A stretch of 64,000 nt of DNA from a bacterium (GCA_963669175.1 OY769902.1:4544001-4608000); one strand, 5' to 3'; shown: positions 16,908 through 27,410, counted from the stretch's first letter. Notes: generated by a model not told the origin, from the letters alone. Program-made: numbers and translations.

Positions 16908-19900
16908 ATGAACGATCCAGGCGGATCAAATTGGCACATTTGGGATCTTCATATTCACACGCCATTCTCAGCATTGAACAATGGTTTCCCGAATGACTTC
17001 GATGAGTATGCCAAGCGTGTATTTGCTAAAGCTGTTGAAATGCAAATTGCTGCAGTTGGAATTACGGATTATTTTTGTATAGAGGGCTATAAGAAAATCC
17101 GGGCGCTCCTTAACAACAAAGCTCGTTTAGAAGAGCTTTGTGGCAGTGGAATAGCTGAAGCCGTCCAAAATATCCTTTTTATCCCAAACATTGAATTACG
17201 CGCTGATATAATAATCCAAGACGTTAGCGGTAAAGACAGCAGGGTTAATTTCCATGTATTGTTCTCCGATGAGATATCACCAGAACAAATCGAGGAAAAT
17301 TTCCTTAGAGAGATAAAGTTTACTAAGGAAGGTAACCCAAGTGGAGCCGACGAATCATGGTCACTTACGATAAGCAATTTAGAGATCCTAGGAAGAAGTT
17401 TGAAAAAACAGCATCTCCCCTTTGCAGAAAAACCGGATATAGAGATTGGCATGATGAATGCCGTAGTCAACCATAGTGAAGTCAGCAAAATCCTGGCTAA
17501 TAAACCCTCAATCTTTGGGAGCCGATACCTCCTAGCAGTCGTTGCAGATGAAGACTTATCAAAATGTAGCTGGAACGGCCAAGGACATCTGACACGAAAA
17601 GTGATGATCCAGAAATCAGATATATTGTTCTCGTCCAATCCAAGTACTCGAGAATTTGGACTAGGTCTTAAACATCCGACTATTGATGAGTTCAAAGCTG
17701 AGTTTAAAACCTTTAAGCCGTGTATTCACGGGTCAGATGCCCATGGCTTAAAGCATCTATTTATCCCTAGTGAACAGAGATTCACTTGGATCAAGGCTGA
17801 TCCGACATTTGCTGGGCTAAAACGCATCTTGAGGGAACCAGAATCTCGAGTTTTCATTGGTCAAGAACCACCCGCCATTGACCAACAACGTAATAATAAG
17901 ACACGTTATTGTGAGAAACTGTCATTTGAAAAACTTTCAAAATCCGCCTTTGATGAACTTTGGTTTTCCGGCGATATACCTTTAAATACTGGTTTGGTAG
18001 CTGTGATCGGGAACAAAGGTAGCGGCAAGAGTGCGCTGGCTGATTCTTTAGGATTGGTTGGTAATTCGCCAAGAGAGAAGCACTTCTCTTTTCTCAATCT
18101 CAACAAATTCCGCCGTCAGCGCGAACGCAAAGCTGAACACTTCAGAGCATCCCTACATTGGCTTTCCGGTGACATCAATTCGCGACTTCTATCTGAAACC
18201 GTTGATACGACCTCTGTAGAACGGATTAAGTATATTCCTCAAAACTACCTTGAAACGATCTGCAACGAGGTTGCAAGTGGTGAGGGTAGCGAATTTGACA
18301 AAGAACTAAAAAGTGTCATTTTCTCCCATGTCCCTGACCATGAACGACTTGATTGCCAATCATTTGATGATTTAATGGCTTTCAAGACAAACGAAACTAG
18401 TGAACGCATCAAGTTATTACAGAAAAGGTTACACAACATTAACGAGCGAATTGTAACTTTGAATGAAATGTTAACTGATGAATATCGGCAAAAACTTGAG
18501 CAACAATTAGAACATAAAAAACTTGAGCTTGACGCTCACAACGAAGTTAAACCGAAAGAGATCATTCCTCCAGATAAAGATCCTGTTGTAGGAGACAAAA
18601 ATGAGAAACTTGCAGCAGAGATTGAAAAGCTTCGTAGAGAAATTGAACAAATTGATTCGAATATCTTAGATATCAAATCCCAAAATAAGTATATGCTTCG
18701 TCGCAAAGCATTAGCTGAAAAACTGAAAGCTAAGCTCGAAAATCTTCAGCGCAGTTATAACGATTTTTCAGCAAGTTGTTCTGAATGTGAAGAATTGGGT
18801 TTACAACCTAAAGATGTCATCACATTCAAAGTTCATTTTGAAAAATTAGAGGATATCATATCAAGTGCTGTTCTCGAAAGTCGTAAATTCTCGAACATGC
18901 TTTTAGAGGACGTAGAGGGTACCCCAGTCAATGAAAAGAAACAAAAGCTTGCAAAGGTGAAAGAACTCCGCAATACCATGAGCGCTGCAGACCAACAATA
19001 TCAGCAGTATCTAGAAGAACAAGCGAAATGGGAAGCTCGTAACAAAGAAATCATTGGTTCAACTGATACCCCCAAAAGTCTTGAATATACCAGAGCACAA
19101 CTCAAAAAATTGCTTCTACTTCCAACCGAACTCTCCACAAAAAAAGAAGAGCGCATCGCGATTGTCCAAGCAATCTTCCAAGAAATCGACAATTTGGCAA
19201 GTAAATATGCCGCATTGTACAATCCAATTGAACAGGCAATAGCTGGAGATCCCCTGAAGGATCGGGGTCTAGAACTTGGTTTCAAGGTATCTATTGTCGC
19301 AAAGAGTTTCGAGGATCGTTTCTTTAATCTGATTCAGCAAGGTAGACGAGGAAGTTTCTGCGGTGTTGAAGAAGGACAGAAGCGACTTCGAAAAATGTTA
19401 CGCGAAGCCGATTTCTCGACTACACAAGGCGTTGCGATCTTTATCAAGGAAATAGATGATGCTTTAACATATGACCTTCGCGATGATGAGCATCAGCTTG
19501 TACAGATCACAGATTTAGTAAAGAAAGGGATTGAACCTGTCAATGTTTACGATTTTGTCTTTGGTTTAGAATACCTCTTTCCTCGCTACGCGCTTACTTG
19601 GGGAAATCGTACTCTTGACCAGCTTTCACCAGGCGAACGCGGAGCCTTGCTTCTTGTATTTTATTTATTAGTAGACAAGGACACTATCCCTTTGGTTATT
19701 GATCAACCGGAGGAAAATCTTGACAACGAATCCGTCTATCGAATGCTTGTACCTTGTATTAAAAAAGCGAAGGAGCGACGCCAAGTGATTATTGTAACAC
19801 ATAATCCGAATTTGGCAGTTGTCTGCGATGCAGATCAAATTATATACTGCGAAATGGACAAACCTGGAGGGAATCGAATAACATATACAACGGGATCCAT

Positions 19901-20000
19901 CGAAAATCCTGCTATCAACCGCCATATTGTTGATGTATTAGAAGGTACTCGTCCAGCATTTGATGTTCGCGATGCGAAGTATAAACTTGTAGACTTTTAG
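16908..20000 (+). CDS. PHP domain + SMC/ABC-like ATPase (TrlF family; Ppl-like antiphage protein)
   Basis: WDLHIHTP, GITDY and GSDAH (PHP); GNKGSGKS Walker A; long coiled coil; LSPGERG signature; IDQPEENLD; IVTHN. Confidence 0.85.
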   Translation: MNDPGGSNWHIWDLHIHTPFSALNNGFPNDFDEYAKRVFAKAVEMQIAAVGITDYFCIEGYKKIRALLNNKARLEELCGSGIAEAVQNILFIPNIELRADIIIQDVSGKDSRVNFHVLFSDEISPEQIEENFLREIKFTKEGNPSGADESWSLTISNLEILGRSLKKQHLPFAEKPDIEIGMMNAVVNHSEVSKILANKPSIFGSRYLLAVVADEDLSKCSWNGQGHLTRKVMIQKSDILFSSNPSTREFGLGLKHPTIDEFKAEFKTFKPCIHGSDAHGLKHLFIPSEQRFTWIKADPTFAGLKRILREPESRVFIGQEPPAIDQQRNNKTRYCEKLSFEKLSKSAFDELWFSGDIPLNTGLVAVIGNKGSGKSALADSLGLVGNSPREKHFSFLNLNKFRRQRERKAEHFRASLHWLSGDINSRLLSETVDTTSVERIKYIPQNYLETICNEVASGEGSEFDKELKSVIFSHVPDHERLDCQSFDDLMAFKTNETSERIKLLQKRLHNINERIVTLNEMLTDEYRQKLEQQLEHKKLELDAHNEVKPKEIIPPDKDPVVGDKNEKLAAEIEKLRREIEQIDSNILDIKSQNKYMLRRKALAEKLKAKLENLQRSYNDFSASCSECEELGLQPKDVITFKVHFEKLEDIISSAVLESRKFSNMLLEDVEGTPVNEKKQKLAKVKELRNTMSAADQQYQQYLEEQAKWEARNKEIIGSTDTPKSLEYTRAQLKKLLLLPTELSTKKEERIAIVQAIFQEIDNLASKYAALYNPIEQAIAGDPLKDRGLELGFKVSIVAKSFEDRFFNLIQQGRRGSFCGVEEGQKRLRKMLREADFSTTQGVAIFIKEIDDALTYDLRDDEHQLVQITDLVKKGIEPVNVYDFVFGLEYLFPRYALTWGNRTLDQLSPGERGALLLVFYLLVDKDTIPLVIDQPEENLDNESVYRMLVPCIKKAKERRQVIIVTHNPNLAVVCDADQIIYCEMDKPGGNRITYTTGSIENPAINRHIVDVLEGTRPAFDVRDAKYKLVDF

Positions 20001-20078
20001 GATAGTTTAAAATATTCATGCTTTTACTTGCATGGCAGTTGTATAATACGTACTTGTATTATCATGTGTAATAACTTG

Positions 20079-20924
20079 TTAATTTAGAAAAATATCTGTA
20101 ATCAAGGTACATCGGCAATTCGGATGCGCTGGAATAGGTGGCAATTGATTTAAAATATACTCCTGTCCATTCAACGGACCGCAAACAGGACAAACTCGTT
20201 CGTCCAAGGCCGTATACCACACAACTTCCTCAACTTTCATGTCTTTGTATAGATGTATCCTGCCTTGGTTATAAGATCGCATGACTTCTGTCCGTGTAAT
20301 AACTTCAATCCTATTCTGAGCCGTCTTAAACACCTTCTTCCCCGCGAAGCGAAATTTATCCTTTTCTGATGGTTTGATTACATCCCCAATATCCAGTGCG
20401 ATTTGACCTATATCCCGACCAGAAAGAATACCCGCCTGCAGGTTGAGCTTGATGTCATCCAGCAATCGATCTGACACCGTTCCCAATAGCTTGATGTTAC
20501 ACAGAGCCAGGTTTTCCAGTGCTCGACCATCAATCGTATCAAACGCTTTATCAATTATCGCCTGCCAGGCTTCAGTTTCCTTCAATCCCATCACCCCGCT
20601 GTCCCTAAGCTCAAACACTCCCCGTTCGATTCCCAGTCTAAAAGCGTCTTTTGTCATTGGACGGGCAAGTGAAGTTGTAGACTTCTTCAGCTCCTTCATG
20701 ACTGACTCAATCCGGTCGAGGATAGATTCAAGACGTCGCTTCCAGAGGGCAGATCCGGGTGCGACACTTTTCATTTCCGCCACACGTAAAAGTTCACTCC
20801 GAACCTGGGTTGCGGCCTGTTCGAGTGATTTCAGAAGAAGCGTTTCCTGTTCTGCGGTGTACTGCTGAGCTGCCTTCAGGGAGATGTTCAGCTCAACTTC
20901 CAGCCGAGGATCGATAGTTGCCAT
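20079..20924 (-). CDS. Phage minor head / head morphogenesis protein (Mu gpF / SPP1 gp7 family)
   Basis: RIEVITRTEVMRSYNQG, DERVCPVCGPLNG, PAHPNCRC. Confidence 0.88.
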   Translation of the reverse strand: MATIDPRLEVELNISLKAAQQYTAEQETLLLKSLEQAATQVRSELLRVAEMKSVAPGSALWKRRLESILDRIESVMKELKKSTTSLARPMTKDAFRLGIERGVFELRDSGVMGLKETEAWQAIIDKAFDTIDGRALENLALCNIKLLGTVSDRLLDDIKLNLQAGILSGRDIGQIALDIGDVIKPSEKDKFRFAGKKVFKTAQNRIEVITRTEVMRSYNQGRIHLYKDMKVEEVVWYTALDERVCPVCGPLNGQEYILNQLPPIPAHPNCRCTLITDIFLN

Positions 20925-20927
20925 GAA

Positions 20928-22388
20928 TCAATGATCCTCAGAGTGTGTCTGCTGGAATTGAATATCTCGATTCACTTCATCATATAATGCTTCAACATCC
21001 GCATCAGATTGCGGGTTATCAGTCTTGTCGTTCTGCGATTCATCCTTCGCCAAGCCCAGATATTTCCGTGCCTCATCTCGAGTGAGTACATCCTGCAGGG
21101 TTAGACTGGCGATGATCTCCGGTTTAAGCAGCCTGGACATACGCGATTCTTCGCCATTGTAGTTTTCATCTTCCACTGAAGGCTGCAATCCAAGCCTGGA
21201 TTGAAGGGTTGCCCTGCTGACCAGACCGCGATCATACAGCTCCATGTACATCTTCCGACGATCCTGTTCTTCAGCCAAGTCGAGATCATCAAACTGATAG
21301 GTGATTTCAGCATCATCATTTCCTTGCATTTCCAGCCAGTCCAGATAGACCCAGTCGAGGATCTCCCTAACAATCCTCTTAATCTCAGACAGCATGATGA
21401 TGATCTTTTTAAACCCGACCGAAGCTGTTGCGAAATTCGGTCCCTCACCTGTGACAAGACTTTTCACAAATCCCAAGGCCACGATGATATCGCTTTTTAC
21501 TTCCTTGACTTTCTCTTCGGTTCGAAGGACTTCACCCTCAGTGCCGTAGGTTTTCACATCCACGTAATAGGGAACGACTACACCTTGCTTCGGGTCCATC
21601 TCGTCCAGGATATCACGAATCTTCTCGATCATCTCCTGCTTGGGTGTGATGATCTTGTCACCGAACTTACCGCCAACAGAGATGAAACGGAGTGGAGTTG
21701 TCCAGCGTTGGGCAATTGCCTTTTCTGCGTTCCGGTAGTGGCGCATGAGCTGGATGGATTCAAAGGCAGGCTGAACAATGGAAACGCCATGCAAGTTGAA
21801 ATCCGGACTGTCCCATTTCGCCCGGAAGAACTGTTCCGGTTCAAGGCTGATTTCTTTTCCCATGCCAGCAGCAGCCTGGTCGTCTTTCTTCACTTTCTGC
21901 TTGATTTCATCGATCTCACCCGTTTCATCATCAAGCTTGTAAGTCAGGCCAATAGGATTTAGACATGTAATCCGTTCGTAGTCCTTGAAACCGTCACCTG
22001 ATTTCTTACCACCATACTGCTTATAGGCAGCGCACTCGCCCTTAACTAACAGTTGCAAAACCATGTCACGGATGAGCTTGTCCATCCCAAGGCGACGGTG
22101 GAGTGCTCGAGCCTTCTTTTGCGTATCTGCAGCATCCACGAGCGGGATGATCTGCTCCCCAACTGCAAACACACGCCAGGCATTGACCGCGTTGTTCACA
22201 ATCGGTTCGCTGGTGAAATAGTACCAGGCAAGCTGTGCCATTTCTTCCCATTTCTCGGGTACACCTTCAACCGTGTCCAAACCATCTGTTGCACCACCCA
22301 TACGATTCAAGGCAGCGCCATGGGCAACATCAAATCCAGAAGAAACAGGGTTGCGTCTCTGCAACCCCAGTGCTGAAAGCAGGGTCAT
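20928..22388 (-). CDS. Phage portal protein
   Basis: 486 aa between TerL and MuF; portal-like features (EPIVNNAVN, GVSIVQPA, IIVALG, NFATA, LYDRGLVSRAT). Confidence 0.72.
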   Translation of the reverse strand: MTLLSALGLQRRNPVSSGFDVAHGAALNRMGGATDGLDTVEGVPEKWEEMAQLAWYYFTSEPIVNNAVNAWRVFAVGEQIIPLVDAADTQKKARALHRRLGMDKLIRDMVLQLLVKGECAAYKQYGGKKSGDGFKDYERITCLNPIGLTYKLDDETGEIDEIKQKVKKDDQAAAGMGKEISLEPEQFFRAKWDSPDFNLHGVSIVQPAFESIQLMRHYRNAEKAIAQRWTTPLRFISVGGKFGDKIITPKQEMIEKIRDILDEMDPKQGVVVPYYVDVKTYGTEGEVLRTEEKVKEVKSDIIVALGFVKSLVTGEGPNFATASVGFKKIIIMLSEIKRIVREILDWVYLDWLEMQGNDDAEITYQFDDLDLAEEQDRRKMYMELYDRGLVSRATLQSRLGLQPSVEDENYNGEESRMSRLLKPEIIASLTLQDVLTRDEARKYLGLAKDESQNDKTDNPQSDADVEALYDEVNRDIQFQQTHSEDH

Positions 22389-22407
22389 TCTTTACTCCAG
22401 TATCTGG

Positions 22408-22614
22408 CTATTCCTCGCCGGTCAGGAAACTGACAATCTCTCCAAGAAGGTCTTCAACATGGCCGAGGTCACCCACATGCGCGAAGGTGATCGGTTCATC
22501 CTGGCCGTGTTTCTTGAGTTCCGTTTGCATCTTCCCGATCAGTGATTGAATCTTTGCCTGTTTTTCGTTGTAATCTTTCTTGGCTTTCGCTTTTCTTTCT
22601 TGCTGTGTCATCAT
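22408..22614 (-). CDS. Small phage-associated hypothetical protein (HVGDLxH motif)
   Basis: AAGGAGG RBS; helical; ends ITFAHVGDLGHVEDLLGEIVSF. Confidence 0.7.
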   Translation of the reverse strand: MMTQQERKAKAKKDYNEKQAKIQSLIGKMQTELKKHGQDEPITFAHVGDLGHVEDLLGEIVSFLTGEE

Positions 22615-22722
22615 CGCCTCCTTGTAAGGTGTTGTTTCTGCTGTGCTTCTGCACTAATCAGCGATGAATTGTATGCGATTATCAAGTCCTTGTGCTGGCT
22701 TCTGAAGGCACTCAAACCCTTA

Positions 22723-24288
22723 TCAGAACTTGAAAATCGGTTTTGTCGTTACGGGCATGATAGCGATCTCTTCCACATTGGTCTCGATCTCCTTCATCTC
22801 ATCCAGTTCCACTGCCAGAACAGCACACCTGACCGCATCGATGATGTGATCACGCCCTTTGGAATAGATCACCTTCCCGTTGGTCATCGTGTATGTCTGG
22901 GTGGTGAACTGATCTTCGATTTCCAGATCGCTGTCAGGAAAGCTGATCAGCTTTCTTGCCAGACGACCGTTGATCAGACTGGTCATCAACTCCTTGGTAC
23001 GCTTCTTGATCTGCTTGCCAGAAGTGTTGAACCCAATGGTGGTCGACGAACCGAAGTCGAAGGCCTGCAACCTGTCCCCGAAATTGTGATCCGCGAACTT
23101 GTCGAGGCGTTTCAGGTCCTGTTCGACTGCCAAACCATTCCCGCCCTTGTCAATCCCGATCCAGGTGAACTCGAAGTAGTTGTCCAAGACAGCAACCGCT
23201 TCAGCGATATAAGGGTAGGCAACATGTTCGAGGTGAACACGCAGCACTGCGTTCAGCAAACCTTCATCATCCCGTTCAAACACCACCAGTTCGCATGGAT
23301 CTGACGTATATCCAAGGTCGCCCCCCAGCACGTACTCACCTGGCTGGGGTGTCAATCCCAGCAACAAGTCAAACCGTGTACGGACTTCATCATCACCATC
23401 ACAGTCCAGCATCTCCTCACCGGTGATCACCACCTTGCGGTAAGCATGGATTACTTTCTGGTTGGCATGGAAAGCCTCGACATTGAATGCTGCATAAGAA
23501 GGACTGCCGTGTTCGCCAAGAATCTCATGCTGGTATCCTGAAGTATCACGGCCACCGTAAAACTCGACCAGTTCTTCTTCACGCTCCTTTGTCCAGTTAG
23601 GATGAAGCATTGAAGGCCAGCGCACGACAAACCAGCGTCCGGTCTTATCCTGGGTCAGTCTGTAGTAGGTTGAATCCCTAAGTCCATTGGGATTGGAGTA
23701 AATTCGCATCGTGCCATTGGCGTTCAAGCATCGACGCAATGCTTTCCAGGCTCGCTCAGTCAACCATGCACCCTCATCGACCCAGATCCGATTTACGTGA
23801 AGCGATCTTAGCGACTGCCCCTTGTCACCAGCTGGCCGGAAGTGAACCAGCGTCCCACCAGCGAATCGGATCTGGTAATAGGGCTTTCGTTTGATATCCA
23901 GGTGACCAAGACGATTCCTGGCGATACTAGCTTCCAGATCTGCATTGCTGAATATCTGATGTTCCACTTCCTCAATGATGGTTTCCAGATGTCCCTGATG
24001 TGGAGTGACAACCAGCCCGCTGTCATGTGGTGTTGTGAATCCGAAGTGCAAAACCAGGGTAGTTAGGACGATGGTCTTTCCGACCTCACGGCCATCCTGA
24101 TGAATGATCTGAGGATGATCATTACGCAGATCCTCAACCTGATGCTCCCAGTATGCCCTGATCGTCCCGTCCTGGTTTGCCAGAAACTTCTCGCCCCATT
24201 GCACCGGGTCTTTCAGGATGCGATAAGCCTGGATCATCTCATCGGACAAATCGCTGGAAGCCTTATGATGATTAGCTTCAACAGGCAT
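22723..24288 (-). CDS. Terminase large subunit
   Basis: GREVGKT Walker A, WVDEG Walker B, YSNPNG, nuclease GGDLGYTSDP, IDKGGNG, DHIIDAVR. Start MPVEAN with AAGGGGG RBS. Confidence 0.88.
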   Translation of the reverse strand: MPVEANHHKASSDLSDEMIQAYRILKDPVQWGEKFLANQDGTIRAYWEHQVEDLRNDHPQIIHQDGREVGKTIVLTTLVLHFGFTTPHDSGLVVTPHQGHLETIIEEVEHQIFSNADLEASIARNRLGHLDIKRKPYYQIRFAGGTLVHFRPAGDKGQSLRSLHVNRIWVDEGAWLTERAWKALRRCLNANGTMRIYSNPNGLRDSTYYRLTQDKTGRWFVVRWPSMLHPNWTKEREEELVEFYGGRDTSGYQHEILGEHGSPSYAAFNVEAFHANQKVIHAYRKVVITGEEMLDCDGDDEVRTRFDLLLGLTPQPGEYVLGGDLGYTSDPCELVVFERDDEGLLNAVLRVHLEHVAYPYIAEAVAVLDNYFEFTWIGIDKGGNGLAVEQDLKRLDKFADHNFGDRLQAFDFGSSTTIGFNTSGKQIKKRTKELMTSLINGRLARKLISFPDSDLEIEDQFTTQTYTMTNGKVIYSKGRDHIIDAVRCAVLAVELDEMKEIETNVEEIAIMPVTTKPIFKF

Positions 24289-24361
24289 ATCTACCCCCTT
24301 GATAGTCCGTATAATCCATGCCATGTTGTATGCGAAAACCATCTAAAACAGGGAGAAGGCC

Positions 24362-25249
24362 ATGACTTGGGAAGAAGCATTTGCTGGATTCGAGACACAT
24401 ATGCAGGCTGCAGGAAAGTCGCAGCATACGATTTCCGCATTCCTGACTGACCTTGGCAAACTTGAAAAAGCTGTCCAGGCAGATCCAGCCTCGATCACCG
24501 CTACAGATCTGGATCAATTCCTGGTTGCTATGAAGACCAAACCCGACGGATCGGACCGGAGTCCAAACAGCATGAACCGCCTGAAAACCGCTATTCGTTC
24601 TTTCTTCAACTGGCTTCGTCAGGCTGGCATGATTGAATCGAACCCTGCTACCGGTATCAAAACCAGCAACGTTTCCCAGAAACCGCCCGTTTACCTCACC
24701 GAAGAGGAAGAGAAGAATCTGCTTCGCTGTCTTCGGTACAATCGCACCAGAAAGCATGCACTCCGTGACAATGCCATCATCCATCTGATGCTGGACTCCG
24801 GTATTCGCGTTGCAGAACTGGTTGGACTTGATCTCACAGACATCGATGGCAAACACCTGAGGGTCCGCCTCGCCAAGGGTGGCAGTCCAGTCGTTAAGTT
24901 CCTGCCAGCTAGAACACGCAAAGCCATCGGCACCTATATACAGAAGGAACGTCCTCAGTTTGAAAAGCAAGACAGCACAAAAGCCCTGTTCATCAACCAG
25001 CAAGGAACCAGACTGCAATCTCGAGCCGTCCAGGTATTGGTTCCAGCATGGATCAAACTTGCAGGAATCACCAAATCGGTCACCCCGCACACCCTGCGCC
25101 ATACCTTCGCCACATCCCTGCTGAATAAGACCGGCAACCTGCTCCTCGTACAGAAAGCTCTGGGACATCGCAATGTGACCACCACCCAGATCTACGCCCA
25201 TGTTGCCGACGCTTCGCTGGAAGAAGCCATCGAAAACCGAAGCGAATAG
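24362..25249 (+). CDS. XerC/XerD-family tyrosine recombinase
   Basis: RDNAII...LDSGIRVAEL, KGG, TPHTLRHTFAT, LGHRNVTTTQIY: complete R-K-H-R-H-Y set. Confidence 0.92.
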   Translation: MTWEEAFAGFETHMQAAGKSQHTISAFLTDLGKLEKAVQADPASITATDLDQFLVAMKTKPDGSDRSPNSMNRLKTAIRSFFNWLRQAGMIESNPATGIKTSNVSQKPPVYLTEEEEKNLLRCLRYNRTRKHALRDNAIIHLMLDSGIRVAELVGLDLTDIDGKHLRVRLAKGGSPVVKFLPARTRKAIGTYIQKERPQFEKQDSTKALFINQQGTRLQSRAVQVLVPAWIKLAGITKSVTPHTLRHTFATSLLNKTGNLLLVQKALGHRNVTTTQIYAHVADASLEEAIENRSE

Positions 25250-25512
25250 CAGCTCACCTGAACTAATCACCACGAGTAAAGCCACCGCGATTTTTCTACC
25301 AATCCCTCTCATCTATCCACCACTCTTTATCGTCCTGAACACATCCCTTTTCACATCAAACACTTAGCCTGAACTGTCCGTCTGAAATTCGATATAAGTT
25401 ATTTATTTACAAGTCTCTACAAGCCTCTTTTCAACTTGATAGTACCTCCGATATGCGATTAATGTGTGTCCAGAAACACACAGCAAACCAAGCAAAAACA
25501 AGGAGTCACAAG

Positions 25513-26394
25513 ATGGAAAACCTGACCTTCGGAATCGAAATCGAAACCATCGGACGCACCCGCAACCAGGTGGCCAAAGCCATTCAGCAGATCGTCGGTG
25601 GACGGATTGAGCACCTTCGCGATACCTACGACACCTATCAGGTGGTTGACAGCAGAGGACGCGCATGGCAAGCCAAGTCGGACGCCAGCCTTTCCGCTTC
25701 GAGAAGCCAACAGGCTGAGGTGGTTAGCCCGATCCTTACCTACGACGACTTGGCGCAGCTTCAGGAGGTGGTTCGAAGCGTCAGGAGATGCGGAGCGAAG
25801 GTTGACAGCTCCTGCGGGATTCACATCCACGTGGGAAGCGCTCCTTTCGACGCCAAGGCACTGACCAACCTGGTCAAGATGGTCAACAAGCAGGAAAAGC
25901 TGATTGAGCACGCCTTGAACGTCAGCACAGCGAGAAGGGCACGCTGGTGCAGAAGCATCGACTCCAACTTCATCGCCAACATTGAACGCAGACGCCCACG
26001 GAACCTCGACGCGATCAACGCCGCTTGGTACGGAAGGCACAATTCCCGACCAACCCATTACGACCAGAGCAGGTACCACGGGGTCAACCTTCACAGCGTC
26101 TGGTTCAGGGGAACTATTGAATTCCGCTGGTTCGACGCCACCCTCCACGCTGGCAAGGTCAAGGCTTACATCCAGTTCATTCTCGCCCTCGCCTCGAAGG
26201 CACTGAATTCCCGCTCGGCTTCTGCCGCAAAGCGGGACTTCAACCCCGAAAGCGCCAAGTACGACTTCAGGGTTTTTCTTCTTCGCCTTGGCCTGATCGG
26301 CGACGAGTTCAAAACCGCACGTCTTCACCTCCTCGGAAGTTTCGAAGGTTCTTCCGCCTGGAAGCATGGCCGCCCTACACGACAGGCGGCCTAA
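25513..26394 (+). CDS. Putative amidoligase (Amidoligase_2; COOH-NH2 ligase)
   Basis: [41 protein letters not shown]; start MENLTF with AAGGAG RBS. Confidence 0.88.
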   Translation: MENLTFGIEIETIGRTRNQVAKAIQQIVGGRIEHLRDTYDTYQVVDSRGRAWQAKSDASLSASRSQQAEVVSPILTYDDLAQLQEVVRSVRRCGAKVDSSCGIHIHVGSAPFDAKALTNLVKMVNKQEKLIEHALNVSTARRARWCRSIDSNFIANIERRRPRNLDAINAAWYGRHNSRPTHYDQSRYHGVNLHSVWFRGTIEFRWFDATLHAGKVKAYIQFILALASKALNSRSASAAKRDFNPESAKYDFRVFLLRLGLIGDEFKTARLHLLGSFEGSSAWKHGRPTRQAA

Positions 26395-26457
26395 ACGCCG
26401 CCGGATTGACCGACAACGGAAATCCAGAGAACGAGAACTCTTGAAAGGAAATACATC

Positions 26458-27306
26458 ATGATGATCAAAGAACTCACCACACTTTACTTCGCTTACGGGT
26501 CGAACCTTGATCCGGCACAGATGAAGAAGCGATGCCCCGAAGCCATATCGCTCGGGGCAGCCACCCTCGAGAACCACCGGATCGCCTTTGCCGGATACTC
26601 CCACGCACGAGACGGTGCGGTCGCTACGGTTCTCCCTGAAAGGGATGCTTCCACAAAGGGCATCCTCTACCGGATGACTATCCTTAACCTTGAACTGCTT
26701 GACCGGTTCGAAGGCCACCCCTTGTTCTACACCAGAACTCAGCGAACAGTCAGGGATAAGAAAGGCCGGTTCCAGACCGCTTGGGTCTACCATCTTCCGC
26801 CCGAGTTCCCCGAAGGACCGCCTTCCGACGATTACTTCAGCGTCATCAGGAAAGCCTACCGGAAAATGAAGTGGCCAACCACCAGCCTTGAAGAAGCTCA
26901 TCAGCGAGGTCTGGAAGGGATTACTGATTCTGGAGACTACCTGGTCTTCGTATACGGGACACTGAGACGAGGTGAACCCAACCACAGGTTGCTTGAAGGA
27001 TCGCTGTGCCTTGGAACTGTCAAAACGGAACCACGGTTCAGCCTGATAGACCTTCAGCACTTTCCCGGCCTGATACCCGGAGGGACGACCTCGGTGACCG
27101 GCGAGCTCTTCGCAGTCGACAACGTAACCCTTCACCGGCTCGACCGTCTTGAAGGTCATCCGACCTTTTACCGCAGGGAGAAGATTCTGCTTCAGGATGG
27201 ACGTGAGGTCCTGACCTACATCTACCAACGAAGCTCGGGACGACCGATCAGGAAAATTGCATCCGGTGACTGGATCAAATACCGAAAGCGCAGAGTTTAT
27301 GGGTGA
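26458..27306 (+). CDS. Gamma-glutamylcyclotransferase/AIG2-like protein with two tandem GGCT domains
   Basis: Domain 1 YFAYGSNL...LDRFEGHP; domain 2 VFVYGTLRRG...LDRLEGHP. Confidence 0.88.
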   Translation: MMIKELTTLYFAYGSNLDPAQMKKRCPEAISLGAATLENHRIAFAGYSHARDGAVATVLPERDASTKGILYRMTILNLELLDRFEGHPLFYTRTQRTVRDKKGRFQTAWVYHLPPEFPEGPPSDDYFSVIRKAYRKMKWPTTSLEEAHQRGLEGITDSGDYLVFVYGTLRRGEPNHRLLEGSLCLGTVKTEPRFSLIDLQHFPGLIPGGTTSVTGELFAVDNVTLHRLDRLEGHPTFYRREKILLQDGREVLTYIYQRSSGRPIRKIASGDWIKYRKRRVYG

Positions 27307-27336
27307 TTCCCATTTTGAACCCTGTTTCCGGGACGA

Positions 27337-27373
27337 ACACCCCCTTATAGGCTTCCCGCCTGTTTGGGGGTGT
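27337..27373 (+). terminator. Hairpin downstream of the amidoligase-GGCT operon
   Basis: ACACCCCC...GGGGGTGT stem with inner AGGC/GCCT pairing, then T-rich sequence. Confidence 0.55.
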
Positions 27374-27410
27374 CGCTTTGATATTTGTTTTCCTGTCATC
27401 GCTCAGTCCC

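Noticed and set aside
20030-20065. ATAATAC-GTACTT-GTATTAT inverted repeat between PHP-ATPase and MuF as an att site
   Set aside because: Short, AT-rich and without a partner copy; may just be a weak terminator.
24278-25312. 344-aa minus-strand ORF
   Set aside because: Typical antisense shadow of a tyrosine recombinase gene.
25387-25413. dif-like sequence ATTCGATATAA-GTTAT-TTATTTACAAG downstream of xer
   Set aside because: The spacer is 5 bp rather than 6 and the XerD-like arm is poor; AT-rich chance match is likely.
25459-27399. 646-aa antisense ORF spanning the amidoligase and GGCT genes
   Set aside because: Both sense genes share one frame and have strong codon bias, which keeps the antisense frame open; no recognisable motifs.
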